Positions 27,223-36,906 of a DNA stretch of 64,000 bases are shown here, piece after piece. A program made the translations under genes and the position numbers. Source of the stretch: Acidobacteriota bacterium (GTDB lineage Bacteria > Acidobacteriota > UBA890 > WLXD01); the NCBI GenBank assembly GCA_963666215.2, contig CAXWPL010000005.1, positions 864,001 through 928,000 of the forward strand, in the 5' to 3' direction. Under the pieces are notes generated by a model. It searched no databases and was not told where the DNA came from. It saw only the letters and a list, made by a program, of their open reading frames with translations. The first letter of the stretch is position 1. Each line of letters opens with the position of its first letter.

Positions 27223-28143
27223 ATGGAAATCACGAGTCGGCAGGTAGACATCATCGGCGTTCCAATCGACCTGGGGGCGGGACGACGCGGCGTCGACATG
27301 GGACCGTCGGCGATCCGCGTCGCTCGCGTACAGAAATGTCTCGAAGAGCTCGGGCACGAGGTTGAAGATCTGGGCGATATCACCGTGAGCATTCCCGAGA
27401 CCGAGTCCATCGGCTCCGAGCGGCTGCGCTTCATGGATCCCATTCTGGAGACCTGCCGCGACCTCATGGCCACGGTACGCGACAGTCTGGAAGCCGGTCG
27501 CTTGCCGTTGGTCCTCGGCGGCGACCACAGCATCTCGATCGGCTCGGTTGCTGGAGCCGCCACCCACCTGGCCGTCAACGATGAGCGGTTGGGGGTGCTG
27601 TAGATCGACGCCCATGGCGACTTCAACACGCCTCAGACAACGTCATCAGGAAACATCCACGGAATGTCGCTCGCCGTTTCCTGCAGCCTGGGCAACAACG
27701 AGCTCGTCGAGCTCGGCGAGATACAGCCCAAGGTGGACCCGGCCAACGTGGTTCTCGTCGGCGCACGCGACCTCGATGAGCGCGAAAAGGACAACATCCG
27801 CGACTCCAACATCACTGTCTACACCATGCGGGACATCGACGAGCGGGGCATGGGCGACGTGATGGAGGAGGCGATCGGCATCGTCAGCAACGGTGTGGCC
27901 GGCATCCATGTGTCGTTCGACCTCGACGTGGTCGACCCGGAGTTCGCGCCCGGCACCGGCACCCCGGTCCTCGGTGGCATTTCCTATCGCGAGGCGCACC
28001 TCGCCGCGGAGATGATGGGCGAGCGACGCGACATCGTCAGCATCGACCTCGTCGAGGTCAACCCTGTGCTCGATACCCGCAACCAGACTGCTCGGCTAGC
28101 GGCGGAGCTAGCCCAAGGGTTGCTGGGTAGGCGCATCATCTAG
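27223..28143 (+). pseudogene. rocF: Arginase with in-frame TAG at 27601-27603
   Basis: GVPIDLGAGRRGVDMGP, GGDHS, GVL*IDAHGDFN, SGNIHGM, SFDLDVVDP, PGTGTP; both ORF-track pieces share one frame. Confidence 0.9.
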
Positions 28144-28179
28144 GTCGGTCTGACAGCCACGCCTAACACCGATTGTGGG

Positions 28180-29367
28180 CTACCGCGCGCTGGTGTCGTT
28201 GAGCAGCTCGTACACCCGCTGCACCGTTTGCAACGAGATCCCGGGTGCCGTGAGGTTGGGATAGCTCGCGACGTGGTCGGTCATGTCGACGGTGTTCGCG
28301 GCGTCCTCGGCGCTCGTGCCGGCAGCGTGCTCGGCTCCGATGCGAACCCAAGCATCGCGCAGGAAAGCCTGCAGCTGGTCAATGCGCTCGCGGTCGCCAA
28401 ACGCGCGCCCATGGCCCGGTAGCACCATGTCGAACTCGAGCGCCTTGAGCTCCTCGAGAGTGTCGGCCCACTCGTTCAAGTAACCGTCTCCAGCGTACGG
28501 CAGGCCGCCGGTCATCAGGTCGCCCGTCACCACGATGCGTTCGGCCGGCAAGTACACAACCACGTCGCCGCCCGTGTGCCCGCGACCGAAGAACAGCAGC
28601 TGGATCTCGCGATCGCCGCGATAGAGCCGCATGCGCTGTGCGAGCGTCGCGGTGGGAGCCACGGGAACCACCGAGTCGCTGGCAGTCTTGTAGTTGCGTG
28701 TGATCTCCAGGCGGCGCTCGAGCCGCTCGAGATCCTCTCCCGTCGCGGACTCGAGCCTGGCTTCGAGATCGGCGATCTGCTGCGGCAGCGTGCCGACGAA
28801 CGAGTCATAGGCGCGTCCACTCTTCGACCCCCCGCTCGTCAGCATCTCGCGTGTGAACTCGTGACCGATGATCTCGACGTCGTCGGCGAAAACCTGATTG
28901 CCGTGCGCGTGGTCGAAATGGAAGTGCGTGTTCACCACGGTGCGCACCGGCTTGTCGGTGATCGCTTCGAGCTCGTTGAGCAACGCCCACGCCGCGGCCG
29001 GCGTGATGTGCGAGTCGACGAGCAGCACATCCGACTCGTTGATGATCACCGCGCCATTCGACCCAACGGTGAGGTTGCCGGTGCCCATAACGTGATAGAC
29101 GTCGTCGGTGATCCGCTCGAAGGTGAACGCCTCGCCCTCGAAGCTGGCCCCCGGGGGCGGAGCGGCGGAAGTGGTCTCCGGAGACGGCGACGCCGGCTCG
29201 CCCTCTCCGCCGGCGCAACCGACGATTGGCAGGACGGCGGCGACGACGACCGCAAGCACGGCTTGGCGAAGGTGAACCTGCAACGGGGACCAGGTGGAAC
29301 GACCCATGGGCGGGCTCCGGTTTGTGTCGACTGAGCGGCGTGAGGGCAGAGAGTCTAGCCTCTCCAA
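28180..29367 (-). CDS. MBL-fold metallo-hydrolase, probable lipoprotein
   Basis: NTHFHFDHAHGN, GHTGGD, GDL, PGHG; IVGC lipobox; start uncertain. Confidence 0.85.
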   Translation of the reverse strand: MERLDSLPSRRSVDTNRSPPMGRSTWSPLQVHLRQAVLAVVVAAVLPIVGCAGGEGEPASPSPETTSAAPPPGASFEGEAFTFERITDDVYHVMGTGNLTVGSNGAVIINESDVLLVDSHITPAAAWALLNELEAITDKPVRTVVNTHFHFDHAHGNQVFADDVEIIGHEFTREMLTSGGSKSGRAYDSFVGTLPQQIADLEARLESATGEDLERLERRLEITRNYKTASDSVVPVAPTATLAQRMRLYRGDREIQLLFFGRGHTGGDVVVYLPAERIVVTGDLMTGGLPYAGDGYLNEWADTLEELKALEFDMVLPGHGRAFGDRERIDQLQAFLRDAWVRIGAEHAAGTSAEDAANTVDMTDHVASYPNLTAPGISLQTVQRVYELLNDTSAR

Positions 29368-29418
29368 TGGCAGTCACAACCGGCAGCTCGGAGTTCTGAC
29401 GCCGTCCTCGACTCGCTG

Positions 29419-30309
29419 TTGGGAGCGGCGAATGCGCGCCACACGTTGTGGAGGCCGCTCTGCCCGCCTTTAATCCTTCTGCCACCCTCACCGCATCAGA
29501 ACCTGGGAGACGCTCGCTTGGGGTCCGACTCGGACAAGACTTCTGTGTCATCAGAATCGGCAAGACCGGCACGACTGCCGCGACTGGCGATCGTGCTCGC
29601 GACCACCGTGGTATTCGGTATGGCGGTGACGCTGGGGGCGGCACGAGCGGAACTGCTGTCGCCACTGGCCGCCTTCGGCATCGTTGTCGTCGCTCAAGGA
29701 GTCGGAGGATTCGTTACCGCGCTGGTGGGGTGCATCGCGCTGGCGCTCGAGCGCCGGGCCCGCCGGCCCTTCGACCCCAGACTCGTCGTCGCATCATGCA
29801 CAGGCGCGCTAGTCGTCGGCGTTCTCGTCCTTGCCGCAACCCGCGTATCCGGCCCGAGAATTCACGACATCACAACGAACCCTGCCGACCCACCGGTGTT
29901 CGTCGCCGCACTCGATCACCCCCACAACGCCGGGCGTGATCTGAGCTATCCGCATGGCGATGCAAGGACACCGCAGGAGCAGGCAATCGCCTACGGCGAC
30001 CTTCGCCCGATTCGTGTCGATCTCGAGGCTCGGGCCGCGTTCGCCGCGGCTCTCCGAGTCGCGCAGGCATGCGGCTGGAATATCGTCGCTCGCGACGAGC
30101 CCGCATTGCGCATCGAAGCCACCGACACCACGCGCTGGTTTCGATTTGTCGACGATGTCGTCATTCGCATCCGCCCGAGCGACAGCGGCGCTGTCGTCGA
30201 TCTACGGTCGACGTCGCGCGTCGGCCGGGGTGACATGGGCGCCAACGCGGCACGCATCCGTCGCTTCGCCGCGGCGCTCCTCGCCGACGGTTCAACCAGC
30301 GGCTGCTAG
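29419..30309 (+). CDS. DUF1499-domain membrane protein
   Basis: N-terminal TM helices; IHDITT, IEATDTTRWFRFVDDVVIRI, RSTSRVGRGDMGANAARI; start uncertain. Confidence 0.8.
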   Translation: MGAANARHTLWRPLCPPLILLPPSPHQNLGDARLGSDSDKTSVSSESARPARLPRLAIVLATTVVFGMAVTLGAARAELLSPLAAFGIVVVAQGVGGFVTALVGCIALALERRARRPFDPRLVVASCTGALVVGVLVLAATRVSGPRIHDITTNPADPPVFVAALDHPHNAGRDLSYPHGDARTPQEQAIAYGDLRPIRVDLEARAAFAAALRVAQACGWNIVARDEPALRIEATDTTRWFRFVDDVVIRIRPSDSGAVVDLRSTSRVGRGDMGANAARIRRFAAALLADGSTSGC

Positions 30310-31505
30310 TTGCTTCGGCTCCGAAAGAGCGCGATCGAGCTCGTGTAGCCATGCAGGAAGGTCCGGTCGTTGACCGGACCAATCTCGCCGCTGCAGAAGA
30401 AACCGCCGAGCGGCAGCTTGCCAAGATGCGCTTGGATCAAGCGGCTGTCGTGATCGGGCTCCCCGTAGAGATACTCGCCGCGGCCCAGGCAGGAAAACAT
30501 CAGGGCGCCCAGCGGCGGCTGCCGGTCCTCGGCGCCGGCATACCCGCGCAACAGGGCCTCGAGATCCTGACGGGAAGCGTCGGCGTCACGGACATGGAAC
30601 TGCACCACCTGCCCGGCCTCCACGACCTCGGCCACCGCGATGACCCCCGTCTCGCTATCAACCCCCACCAGGTTGCGAACGAGGAAATCCCCTTGGCTGT
30701 ATTCGGGCAGACCCTCCGTCATCACCACACCGAGAAAAAGCGAGGTTCTGACAAGCCGCCGGTCATGGCGCCCTAGCGACGAGAACAGCTCACCGAGCAG
30801 GTCGGTAGGCCTACGGCCATCGAGCTCGAGGATGCGGTTGCAGAAGGCCTTGGTGACGAAGAGCGGTCCTCCGACTGGCCGACATCCCTGCGCGACAATG
30901 GTGTCGACGTGAAGAGCACCCGAAAGCGCGACACCCACCGCACCCTCGCGGTACAGATCATCGCCGATGAAGAGTGCGTTCCCGCCCGGGGATTGACCGC
31001 CGCTCGCTAGCCCTCCGACCTTCGCTCCGCTCGGATACGCCTCATCCAGCGACGTGAGCAGCGAGCGTGGATCGCAGGAAAACGGATCGGGAAGCAGGAT
31101 GAAGTGAGTCGGGTCGCCGTCGTGTTCCCGGTCGGAGTCTTCGATCACCTCGCCCCACGTATCGGGTCGCTCGCTAACCGCCTCGACCGTGGCGCTGTCC
31201 ATATAGAAGGGTCGGATATCGACACCCGGCAGGACAGCCGCGGTGAGTGATAACGCTGGAGCGTGCTCGACCTCACGACCGGCGCCCACCACGCCGCCCC
31301 CGGAGCAGCCAATCAGCACCGCGCTCGGCACCGCCCGGCGCAGCATCCCGAGCACCTCCTCGTAGTCAGCCGCGTGATGTTCTGAGACGAAGACCAAGAC
31401 CAAGTCAGGCTCGATATCGCCAAGCTCGCTTTGCAGCTCGCGGCGAGCGCACTCCGCGGCTACCTCTACGATTGGCTCTTCGGAAAGCGCCGATGCCCAC
31501 CTCAT
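30306..31505 (-). CDS. FIST N/C-domain protein
   Basis: GCSGGG, DPFS, GGLASG, VAQGCRPVG, QFHVRD, FSCLGRG, GFFCSGEIGP, LHGYT. Confidence 0.9.
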   Translation of the reverse strand: MRWASALSEEPIVEVAAECARRELQSELGDIEPDLVLVFVSEHHAADYEEVLGMLRRAVPSAVLIGCSGGGVVGAGREVEHAPALSLTAAVLPGVDIRPFYMDSATVEAVSERPDTWGEVIEDSDREHDGDPTHFILLPDPFSCDPRSLLTSLDEAYPSGAKVGGLASGGQSPGGNALFIGDDLYREGAVGVALSGALHVDTIVAQGCRPVGGPLFVTKAFCNRILELDGRRPTDLLGELFSSLGRHDRRLVRTSLFLGVVMTEGLPEYSQGDFLVRNLVGVDSETGVIAVAEVVEAGQVVQFHVRDADASRQDLEALLRGYAGAEDRQPPLGALMFSCLGRGEYLYGEPDHDSRLIQAHLGKLPLGGFFCSGEIGPVNDRTFLHGYTSSIALFRSRSN

Positions 31506-31782
31506 TGGAGGCTCCCAGTCTGAGCTCAGGCGTGGATTCGCGCTATGTGCGGCTGTCGCGCACTTGCGCGACTTGCGGCGAGTCTAGCAGGCTGCCGTCT
31601 CGCCGCCCGACACTCCCCTGGCGTCGAGCGCTGCCGTTCCGCAGACTCCGTCTAGATGGTCCGTTGACACGCTGCGGCCGGCAGCCGCTGGTAAGATCCA
31701 GCGACGTTCCCGATCGATACCAACCGACTCTGCGCGCCTGACCTTTCCGGCGATACGCCGCCAACCCAGTCTCGAGCACAAC

Positions 31783-32427
31783 GTGGTCAACGCGATCCGA
31801 CGCTACCTACGACGACGACGCTATGGCGACGAGGTTGTAGTCGTCTCCGGCCTGCCGCGCTCCGGCACCTCGATGATGATGCGGATGCTCGACGCCGCTG
31901 GGTTGGAGATCCTTACCGACCACGAGCGGCGCGCCGACGAAGACAACCCGAAGGGCTACTACGAGCACGAGCGCGTCAAGGATCTGGAGAGCGAAGCCGA
32001 CAAGTCCTGGGTCAGAGAGGCGCGCGGCAAGGTGCTCAAGGTCATCTCGCACCTGCTCAAGGACCTGCCTGACGAGAATTTCTACAACGTCATCTTCATG
32101 CGCCGCGACCTCGACGAGGTCATCGCCTCGCAAAACAAGATGCTCGAGCGCCGCGGCGAGGACAATCCGATCGAGGATGAAAAGGCCAAGAACTACTACC
32201 TGCGGCACCTCGTGCAGGTTCGATTCTTGGTCAAAGATCGCCCGAGCCTGGCCATGCTCGAGGTGCAGTATCGCGAGGCGCTCGAGCAGCCCGAAGAGTT
32301 CGTCCGCAAGATCGATCAGTTTCTCGGCGGCGGCTACGACGTGAAAGCTATGGCCGACGTGGTTGATCGACAGCTGTATCGGAACCGCAAGCGGCAACTC
32401 GAGAAAGACGCGAGCGCTAGCGGCTAG
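31783..32427 (+). CDS. Sulfotransferase-family protein
   Basis: VVSGLPRSGTSMMM, DEDNPKGYYE, IFMRRDLDEVIASQ. Confidence 0.8.
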   Translation: MVNAIRRYLRRRRYGDEVVVVSGLPRSGTSMMMRMLDAAGLEILTDHERRADEDNPKGYYEHERVKDLESEADKSWVREARGKVLKVISHLLKDLPDENFYNVIFMRRDLDEVIASQNKMLERRGEDNPIEDEKAKNYYLRHLVQVRFLVKDRPSLAMLEVQYREALEQPEEFVRKIDQFLGGGYDVKAMADVVDRQLYRNRKRQLEKDASASG

Positions 32428-32446
32428 CGGCTGCCCACTCGCGCGG

Positions 32447-32768
32447 TCAGGCCAGCTTCGCCGGCAGCTCGGCCACCGAGGCCAGGACCAGAGCGGCTTC
32501 CCGACGTCGCGCCGCAGGGTCGACCACGCTCCCCGTCGGCATCTCGCTGGCTCGGCCGCCGGCACCAAGGGTTGCTGCCGCTCTCGGCCAGAGCGGCGCG
32601 CCCCTTCGACGTGGTATTGGTGAGGAAACGTAACTGTAGCGAGGTTTCGCGCAGCCTCGCCATAGCGCTTGCCGCTCCGGCTATCGGCATCTCGTTGTCG
32701 TAGAGCGTGCCGTCGAGATCGAAGACCACGCCCCGAACTCGATTACGCGTCGTCGTCAAGAGCGTCAA
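32447..32768 (-). pseudogene. HAD-IIA hydrolase remnant with internal deletion
   Basis: FDLDGTLY...FLTNTT at the N-terminus, then a typical C-terminal LVLASVAELPAKLA* in another frame within about 320 bp. Confidence 0.7.
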
Positions 32769-33129
32769 CCTGAAGGCGATACCGTTGCGACCCGTGCGAA
32801 GAAGCCGGCCGACGAATACACGCCATCTCGAACCCTGACGAGAACCTCGTTGCGGCCCAGCTCGAGCGCGACCGCGTCCCCGGGCGGATGATCCGGGTTC
32901 ATGCCGAAGTCGTACCAGGCGTAGGGGTCGGTATCGCCGTAACCGCGGAAGCGACCATTGATCCAGATTGCCAGCGCGTCGGTGGTGCTGAACTCCAGCC
33001 GCGCGCTCGTGCCGACCTCCACGTCGATCGTCGTCGCCAGGTAGGCAACGGCTCGCGCGCCGACGAAATCAACCACCCGGCCAGTAAGAATCGCACCGCG
33101 TATTTGCCTCCGCTCGCTCTCACCCCCAT
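32765..33129 (-). pseudogene. Remnant of a secreted protein resembling the C-terminus of the upstream gene
   Basis: ATG at 33129 overlaps the upstream TGA and gives a short signal-like peptide; another frame then gives AYLAT...STTDALAIWING...LELGRNEVLVRV. Confidence 0.5.
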
Positions 33130-34346
33130 CAGTCTCTGCCGCGACTCAGCGGCCCGATGGGCAGAATTCCCAGGCCGTCGCGGTCGTCGATGCGGCCGAT
33201 CAAGCCCCAGCCTCCGAAGGTTTCGGTCACTGCGACCACGAGGGCGTTGTCACCGGCGTTGAGTTGCAGATACAGCGACGCTTGATCGAGTGTGATGAGC
33301 CCCTGCCGGCGCGGAAAGTTGAAGCTGTAGCCGTTGCGAGCCGAATAGATCAATTGGTTGTTGAGGAACACGCTGACATCATCGCTGAAGCCCCGATCGA
33401 GCCGCTTGATCTGTGCAGAAGAGGATCGCAGCAGCAACCGCGCCAGCACGCCGTGGCGGCCGTCCTGTTGTAATCGCGCCCGATGGCGATCGAAGAGCAG
33501 GACACCCGAGGCGTCGACGGCCGTGCTGTCCCAGTTACCGTCCACGATGACCTCGGGAAGTCTGGTGACGGGCTCGTCGTTGTCCACCAGGAACAGCTCG
33601 GACATCGCCCAGCGTCCAAGGATGCCGAGCGAGCGCGTCGGCGTCCGCGACGGCGGAAATCGATAGTTCGTGTCGCCCCGTATCCGCAGGTTCGCCACCG
33701 CCACCGGATAGGAGTCCGTCAGGCCGGCGCTCGGAAAGTTGCTCCACAACTCGATGGTCCCGGAGCGCGGTCCGCGGGCCAGCTGTGGAACGATGAGCTG
33801 CGGGCTCTCTGCTTCTCCAACGAATACCGCTGCCCGCGTGCCTTCAACGACCAGTCGAACGTGCACCCACTCGTCGTGCGCGAACGCGGCAGCCGCTGTG
33901 TAGCCCTCACCGTGATAGATCTGCCAGTTACCGACGCCCTGGAAGGCAGGTGTGTACTGCAGCGCATCGGGCGAGCCCGACTTGTGACCGCGCAGATAGA
34001 TCTCCTCACGGGCACGGTCCGATACAACTCGGAAGCGAATTCCGAGGAAAGCGCGATCACCGGTCAGAGCGACGTCAAAGTCGATCGTTCCGTCCAACAG
34101 CTCCAACGCGGGGAGGCTGGCCTCGGCGTTCCGCATTCGCAATGCGGTCTCGCCCAGAAACGTCTCGACCTTGGCGTCGCCTTCGATCTGCCACTCCTGC
34201 TGATCGAAGGCCAGATCCTGGGCCGGCGCGACCTGCACTCCAGCCTCGACACGGTGCCCAGGTTGGACAAAGACCGTCCCCAGCGCAGCGACCACGGAAC
34301 ACAGGTTGCCGGCCGCTCTTGTTGGATTCATGCCCGACGCGCTCAT
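33129..34346 (-). CDS. Secreted ConA-like/DUF1080-type beta-sandwich protein
   Basis: GTIDFDV, EEIYLR, DALQYTP, WQIYHGEGY, EWVHVRLVVEG, FSDDVSVFLN; start taken as MSASG at 34346. Confidence 0.65.
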   Translation of the reverse strand: MSASGMNPTRAAGNLCSVVAALGTVFVQPGHRVEAGVQVAPAQDLAFDQQEWQIEGDAKVETFLGETALRMRNAEASLPALELLDGTIDFDVALTGDRAFLGIRFRVVSDRAREEIYLRGHKSGSPDALQYTPAFQGVGNWQIYHGEGYTAAAAFAHDEWVHVRLVVEGTRAAVFVGEAESPQLIVPQLARGPRSGTIELWSNFPSAGLTDSYPVAVANLRIRGDTNYRFPPSRTPTRSLGILGRWAMSELFLVDNDEPVTRLPEVIVDGNWDSTAVDASGVLLFDRHRARLQQDGRHGVLARLLLRSSSAQIKRLDRGFSDDVSVFLNNQLIYSARNGYSFNFPRRQGLITLDQASLYLQLNAGDNALVVAVTETFGGWGLIGRIDDRDGLGILPIGPLSRGRD

Positions 34347-34375
34347 CCGCTCATCCCTTTCTCGAGTCCACCCAT

Positions 34376-35095
34376 CTACGGCCGCTCCCCGCTGTTCACG
34401 TCGCCATCGTCGCCGGTGAAGTACGGCATTGTGGCGTGCCCAACGGCACTGATTCCCCTCCGAAGGATCACCTGCCCGAGCGTGCTGGCCAGAATCCTGA
34501 GATCGAGGGCCAGGCTCCCATTGTCGACATACCAAACGTCGTGTTCGAACTTCTCGTTCCACGAAATCGCGTTGCGGCCGTTGATTTGGGCCCATCCCGT
34601 GATACCGGGTAGCACCTCGTGCCGCCGTTTCTGAATCGACGAGTATCGAGGCAAGTACTCCATCAGGAGCGGTCGAGGTCCCACCAGGCTCATCTCGCCT
34701 CGGAAGATGTTGACCAATTCCGGCAACTCGTCAACGCTTGTTGCCCGCAAGAAGCTTCCGAGCCGGGTCAACCGTTCGCTGTCCGGCAGTTGGCGGCCGC
34801 GAGAATCCCGCAAGTCGCGCACGGTGCGGAACTTGTATAGATGGAATGGCTTGCCACGAAGCCCCGGCCGGAGTTGCCGCAAGAAAACCGGGCGACCCAT
34901 GAAAACCAAAACGAGGCAGGCGACGAGGGCGATGACGGGCGCTGTCAACAGGAGAGCGACCGTAGCTCCCAGCCAGTCGAGAGTGCGCTTCTGCCACCGA
35001 GGGTAGCGCCGAGAGATCGCGCGTTCGTAGCTGGGCAACCCCCGAGAACGAGGCCCCCGGCCCGACCCCGAGCGGCCGCGCTGTTCCGTCATCAC
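34376..35095 (-). CDS. Polyprenyl-phosphate glycosyl-1-phosphate transferase (PglC/EpsL-like sugar transferase)
   Basis: KRTLD, YKFRT, FLRATSVDELPEL, GEMSLVGPRP, PGITGWAQING, DVWYV. Confidence 0.92.
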   Translation of the reverse strand: MMTEQRGRSGSGRGPRSRGLPSYERAISRRYPRWQKRTLDWLGATVALLLTAPVIALVACLVLVFMGRPVFLRQLRPGLRGKPFHLYKFRTVRDLRDSRGRQLPDSERLTRLGSFLRATSVDELPELVNIFRGEMSLVGPRPLLMEYLPRYSSIQKRRHEVLPGITGWAQINGRNAISWNEKFEHDVWYVDNGSLALDLRILASTLGQVILRRGISAVGHATMPYFTGDDGDVNSGERP

Positions 35096-35844
35096 GGCGC
35101 GCCAGGGCGCCGTTGCAATGCGAAGGCCTGAATAGGCGCGTAATTCCCAGCCGGTGGTAGAAACGAAAAGAACTTCACGAACTCGCTATTGCGCACCCAG
35201 TCCCCGCGCGTCAGGAGCGGATGGAGCACTCGCGCCACGAAAAAGTGGGAGCTGAGGAAATTGCTCTGCAGGATCTTTGTTTCCCGATCCGGATCGAAAG
35301 ATGCGAGGTCGACGACTTCGAACCAATCGTTAATGTCGCGGAAGAGCTCGTTCTTCTTGAGGTAGAGGTTGTGGTGTGCCGGTTCGATCGCTTCGAGTCC
35401 CATCTCGACACGAGCCTTGTTGTTGTTCTGCAAACCATCGTCGAAACACTCGACCATCAGATAGTGGCCCGCGGGTCGCAGAATTCGCCCGATCTCCCGG
35501 ACAGCTTCGAGCTGAGCCGCGTAGTCGAGGATATTGATCAGGCACCGCTCGGTGTAGACGACATCAAAATAGCCATCTGGGAAGGGTGCTCGTCGAACAT
35601 CCCCTACCTGAATGATGCAACCCTCCAGCTGACGTGCCTGAGCGATCTCCGCGAGCTCCTCGGTGAACTCGAGCCCTTGCAGCTCACACTCGGCGTGTGT
35701 CCGTGACAGGCAATCCAGCGTGTAGCCATTCCCGCATCCTGCATCCAGGACACGTAGGGTTCCTCGGCCCGAGTTGATCCGTATCGTTTCCAGGAACCTG
35801 CCGATGAGCTGAACCTCTTTCGAGCGCACGACTTCCTCGCGCAT
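35092..35844 (-). CDS. Class I SAM-dependent methyltransferase
   Basis: VLDAGCGNG, FDVVYTERCLIN, LRPAG; frame stays open upstream of the Met, so the N-terminus is uncertain. Confidence 0.85.
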   Translation of the reverse strand: MREEVVRSKEVQLIGRFLETIRINSGRGTLRVLDAGCGNGYTLDCLSRTHAECELQGLEFTEELAEIAQARQLEGCIIQVGDVRRAPFPDGYFDVVYTERCLINILDYAAQLEAVREIGRILRPAGHYLMVECFDDGLQNNNKARVEMGLEAIEPAHHNLYLKKNELFRDINDWFEVVDLASFDPDRETKILQSNFLSSHFFVARVLHPLLTRGDWVRNSEFVKFFSFLPPAGNYAPIQAFALQRRPGAP

Positions 35845-36071
35845 CGTCGAGCGCGGCGAGGCGCCACATTCTTCGGCCTCGCGACGGTAATGCTCCCTGA
35901 TCAGAGTGTCGTAGCCCTCCGCCTGGCCCCCGCGTCCGTTCGCTTTCGCGTCTCCAAAAGCCGTACCCGGCTGTCCAACCTCCTAGCGAAAACGTCAGGC
36001 AACGGCGAACCGACCGCGGTTCTCTGATACGCGACGTCGGCGCGGGCCAGACGGCCGCCAACCGCTGCAGT

Positions 36072-36668
36072 TTACGCGGTCGGCCGAGCGGCGGAGGCGC
36101 GACGATGTCGCACGATGGCTGCTAACAGCAACAACCCGACCAACCCCAGCCCTAGCCAGAGCGCGCCGCCAGCGCTGCCGGAGTCTCGCAGGAACTCGTG
36201 AAGGCCAGAACCGGTCGCGCTGAACGCGATGGCACCGGGGGCAATACCCACGGCAGTCGTCCACACGAACGTACGCCGGCGCAGTGTTGTGAGACCCGCG
36301 GCCCAGTTGACCGCGGTGAACGCGACCGTGGGCACGAGGCGCAGCAGGAGCAGCGCCGGCCAGCCGGCGGTCAACGCGGCGGCGTCGGCCCTCTCGAGCC
36401 AGCGTGGCGGAACGAACCTGGCGCAGAGTGGCCGGCCACCGCGGCGAGCGATCTCGAAGCTGATCTGCGCGCCGACCAGAGCGAAGAACCAGGTGACCAA
36501 CGAGCCCCACCACGGGCCGAACGCCATACCGTTGACCACCGCGGGAATCTCGGCGGGGATCGGCAAGATCGCCACCACCACGGTGAACAGCGGCGCAGCC
36601 AGGTAGACGAGGTCGCCGGAGCTCTCAATCCAGCTTCCGAGATCCTCCAACACGGCGTAACCGTCCAC
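36072..36668 (-). CDS. TVP38/TMEM64 (DedA/VTT) membrane protein
   Basis: PIPAEI..VNGMAFG, LRLVP, NWAAG, TAVGIAPG. Confidence 0.85.
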   Translation of the reverse strand: MDGYAVLEDLGSWIESSGDLVYLAAPLFTVVVAILPIPAEIPAVVNGMAFGPWWGSLVTWFFALVGAQISFEIARRGGRPLCARFVPPRWLERADAAALTAGWPALLLLRLVPTVAFTAVNWAAGLTTLRRRTFVWTTAVGIAPGAIAFSATGSGLHEFLRDSGSAGGALWLGLGLVGLLLLAAIVRHRRASAARPTA

Positions 36669-36906
36669 GGGGATGGCGGGGTGGCGGGATCACAAGCAGG
36701 CCAGGGGTCGCGAACCCCCTGCTTCCGGGCGCGTCGACCTACGCCGCGCCCGTCTCCGACTCAGTCCGACGAGTCTACCGCAGCGCCGAAGCTACCCGGC
36801 GAGTCGTTGGCCGAACGGACGCGATTGCGGGCGAACGGCCGTGATCAGGTCGCGCTCGGCCGCTCCCGTGCCGTGTGCCAGGCCTGTGGGTGATCGTCTG
36901 GACGCA

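Noticed and set aside
23653-28143. TAG reassignment or pyrrolysine to explain the two internal amber codons
   Set aside because: Many genes here end properly in TAG (shc, hmgA, MMPL, arginase). No pyl genes are visible, and the two sites imply different residues.
31664-31697. TTGACA...TAAGAT sigma70-like promoter
   Set aside because: The 22-bp spacer is too long.
33129-34595. 488-aa ORF overlapping the sugar transferase
   Set aside because: The first 83 codons are a spurious extension; the plausible start is at 34346.
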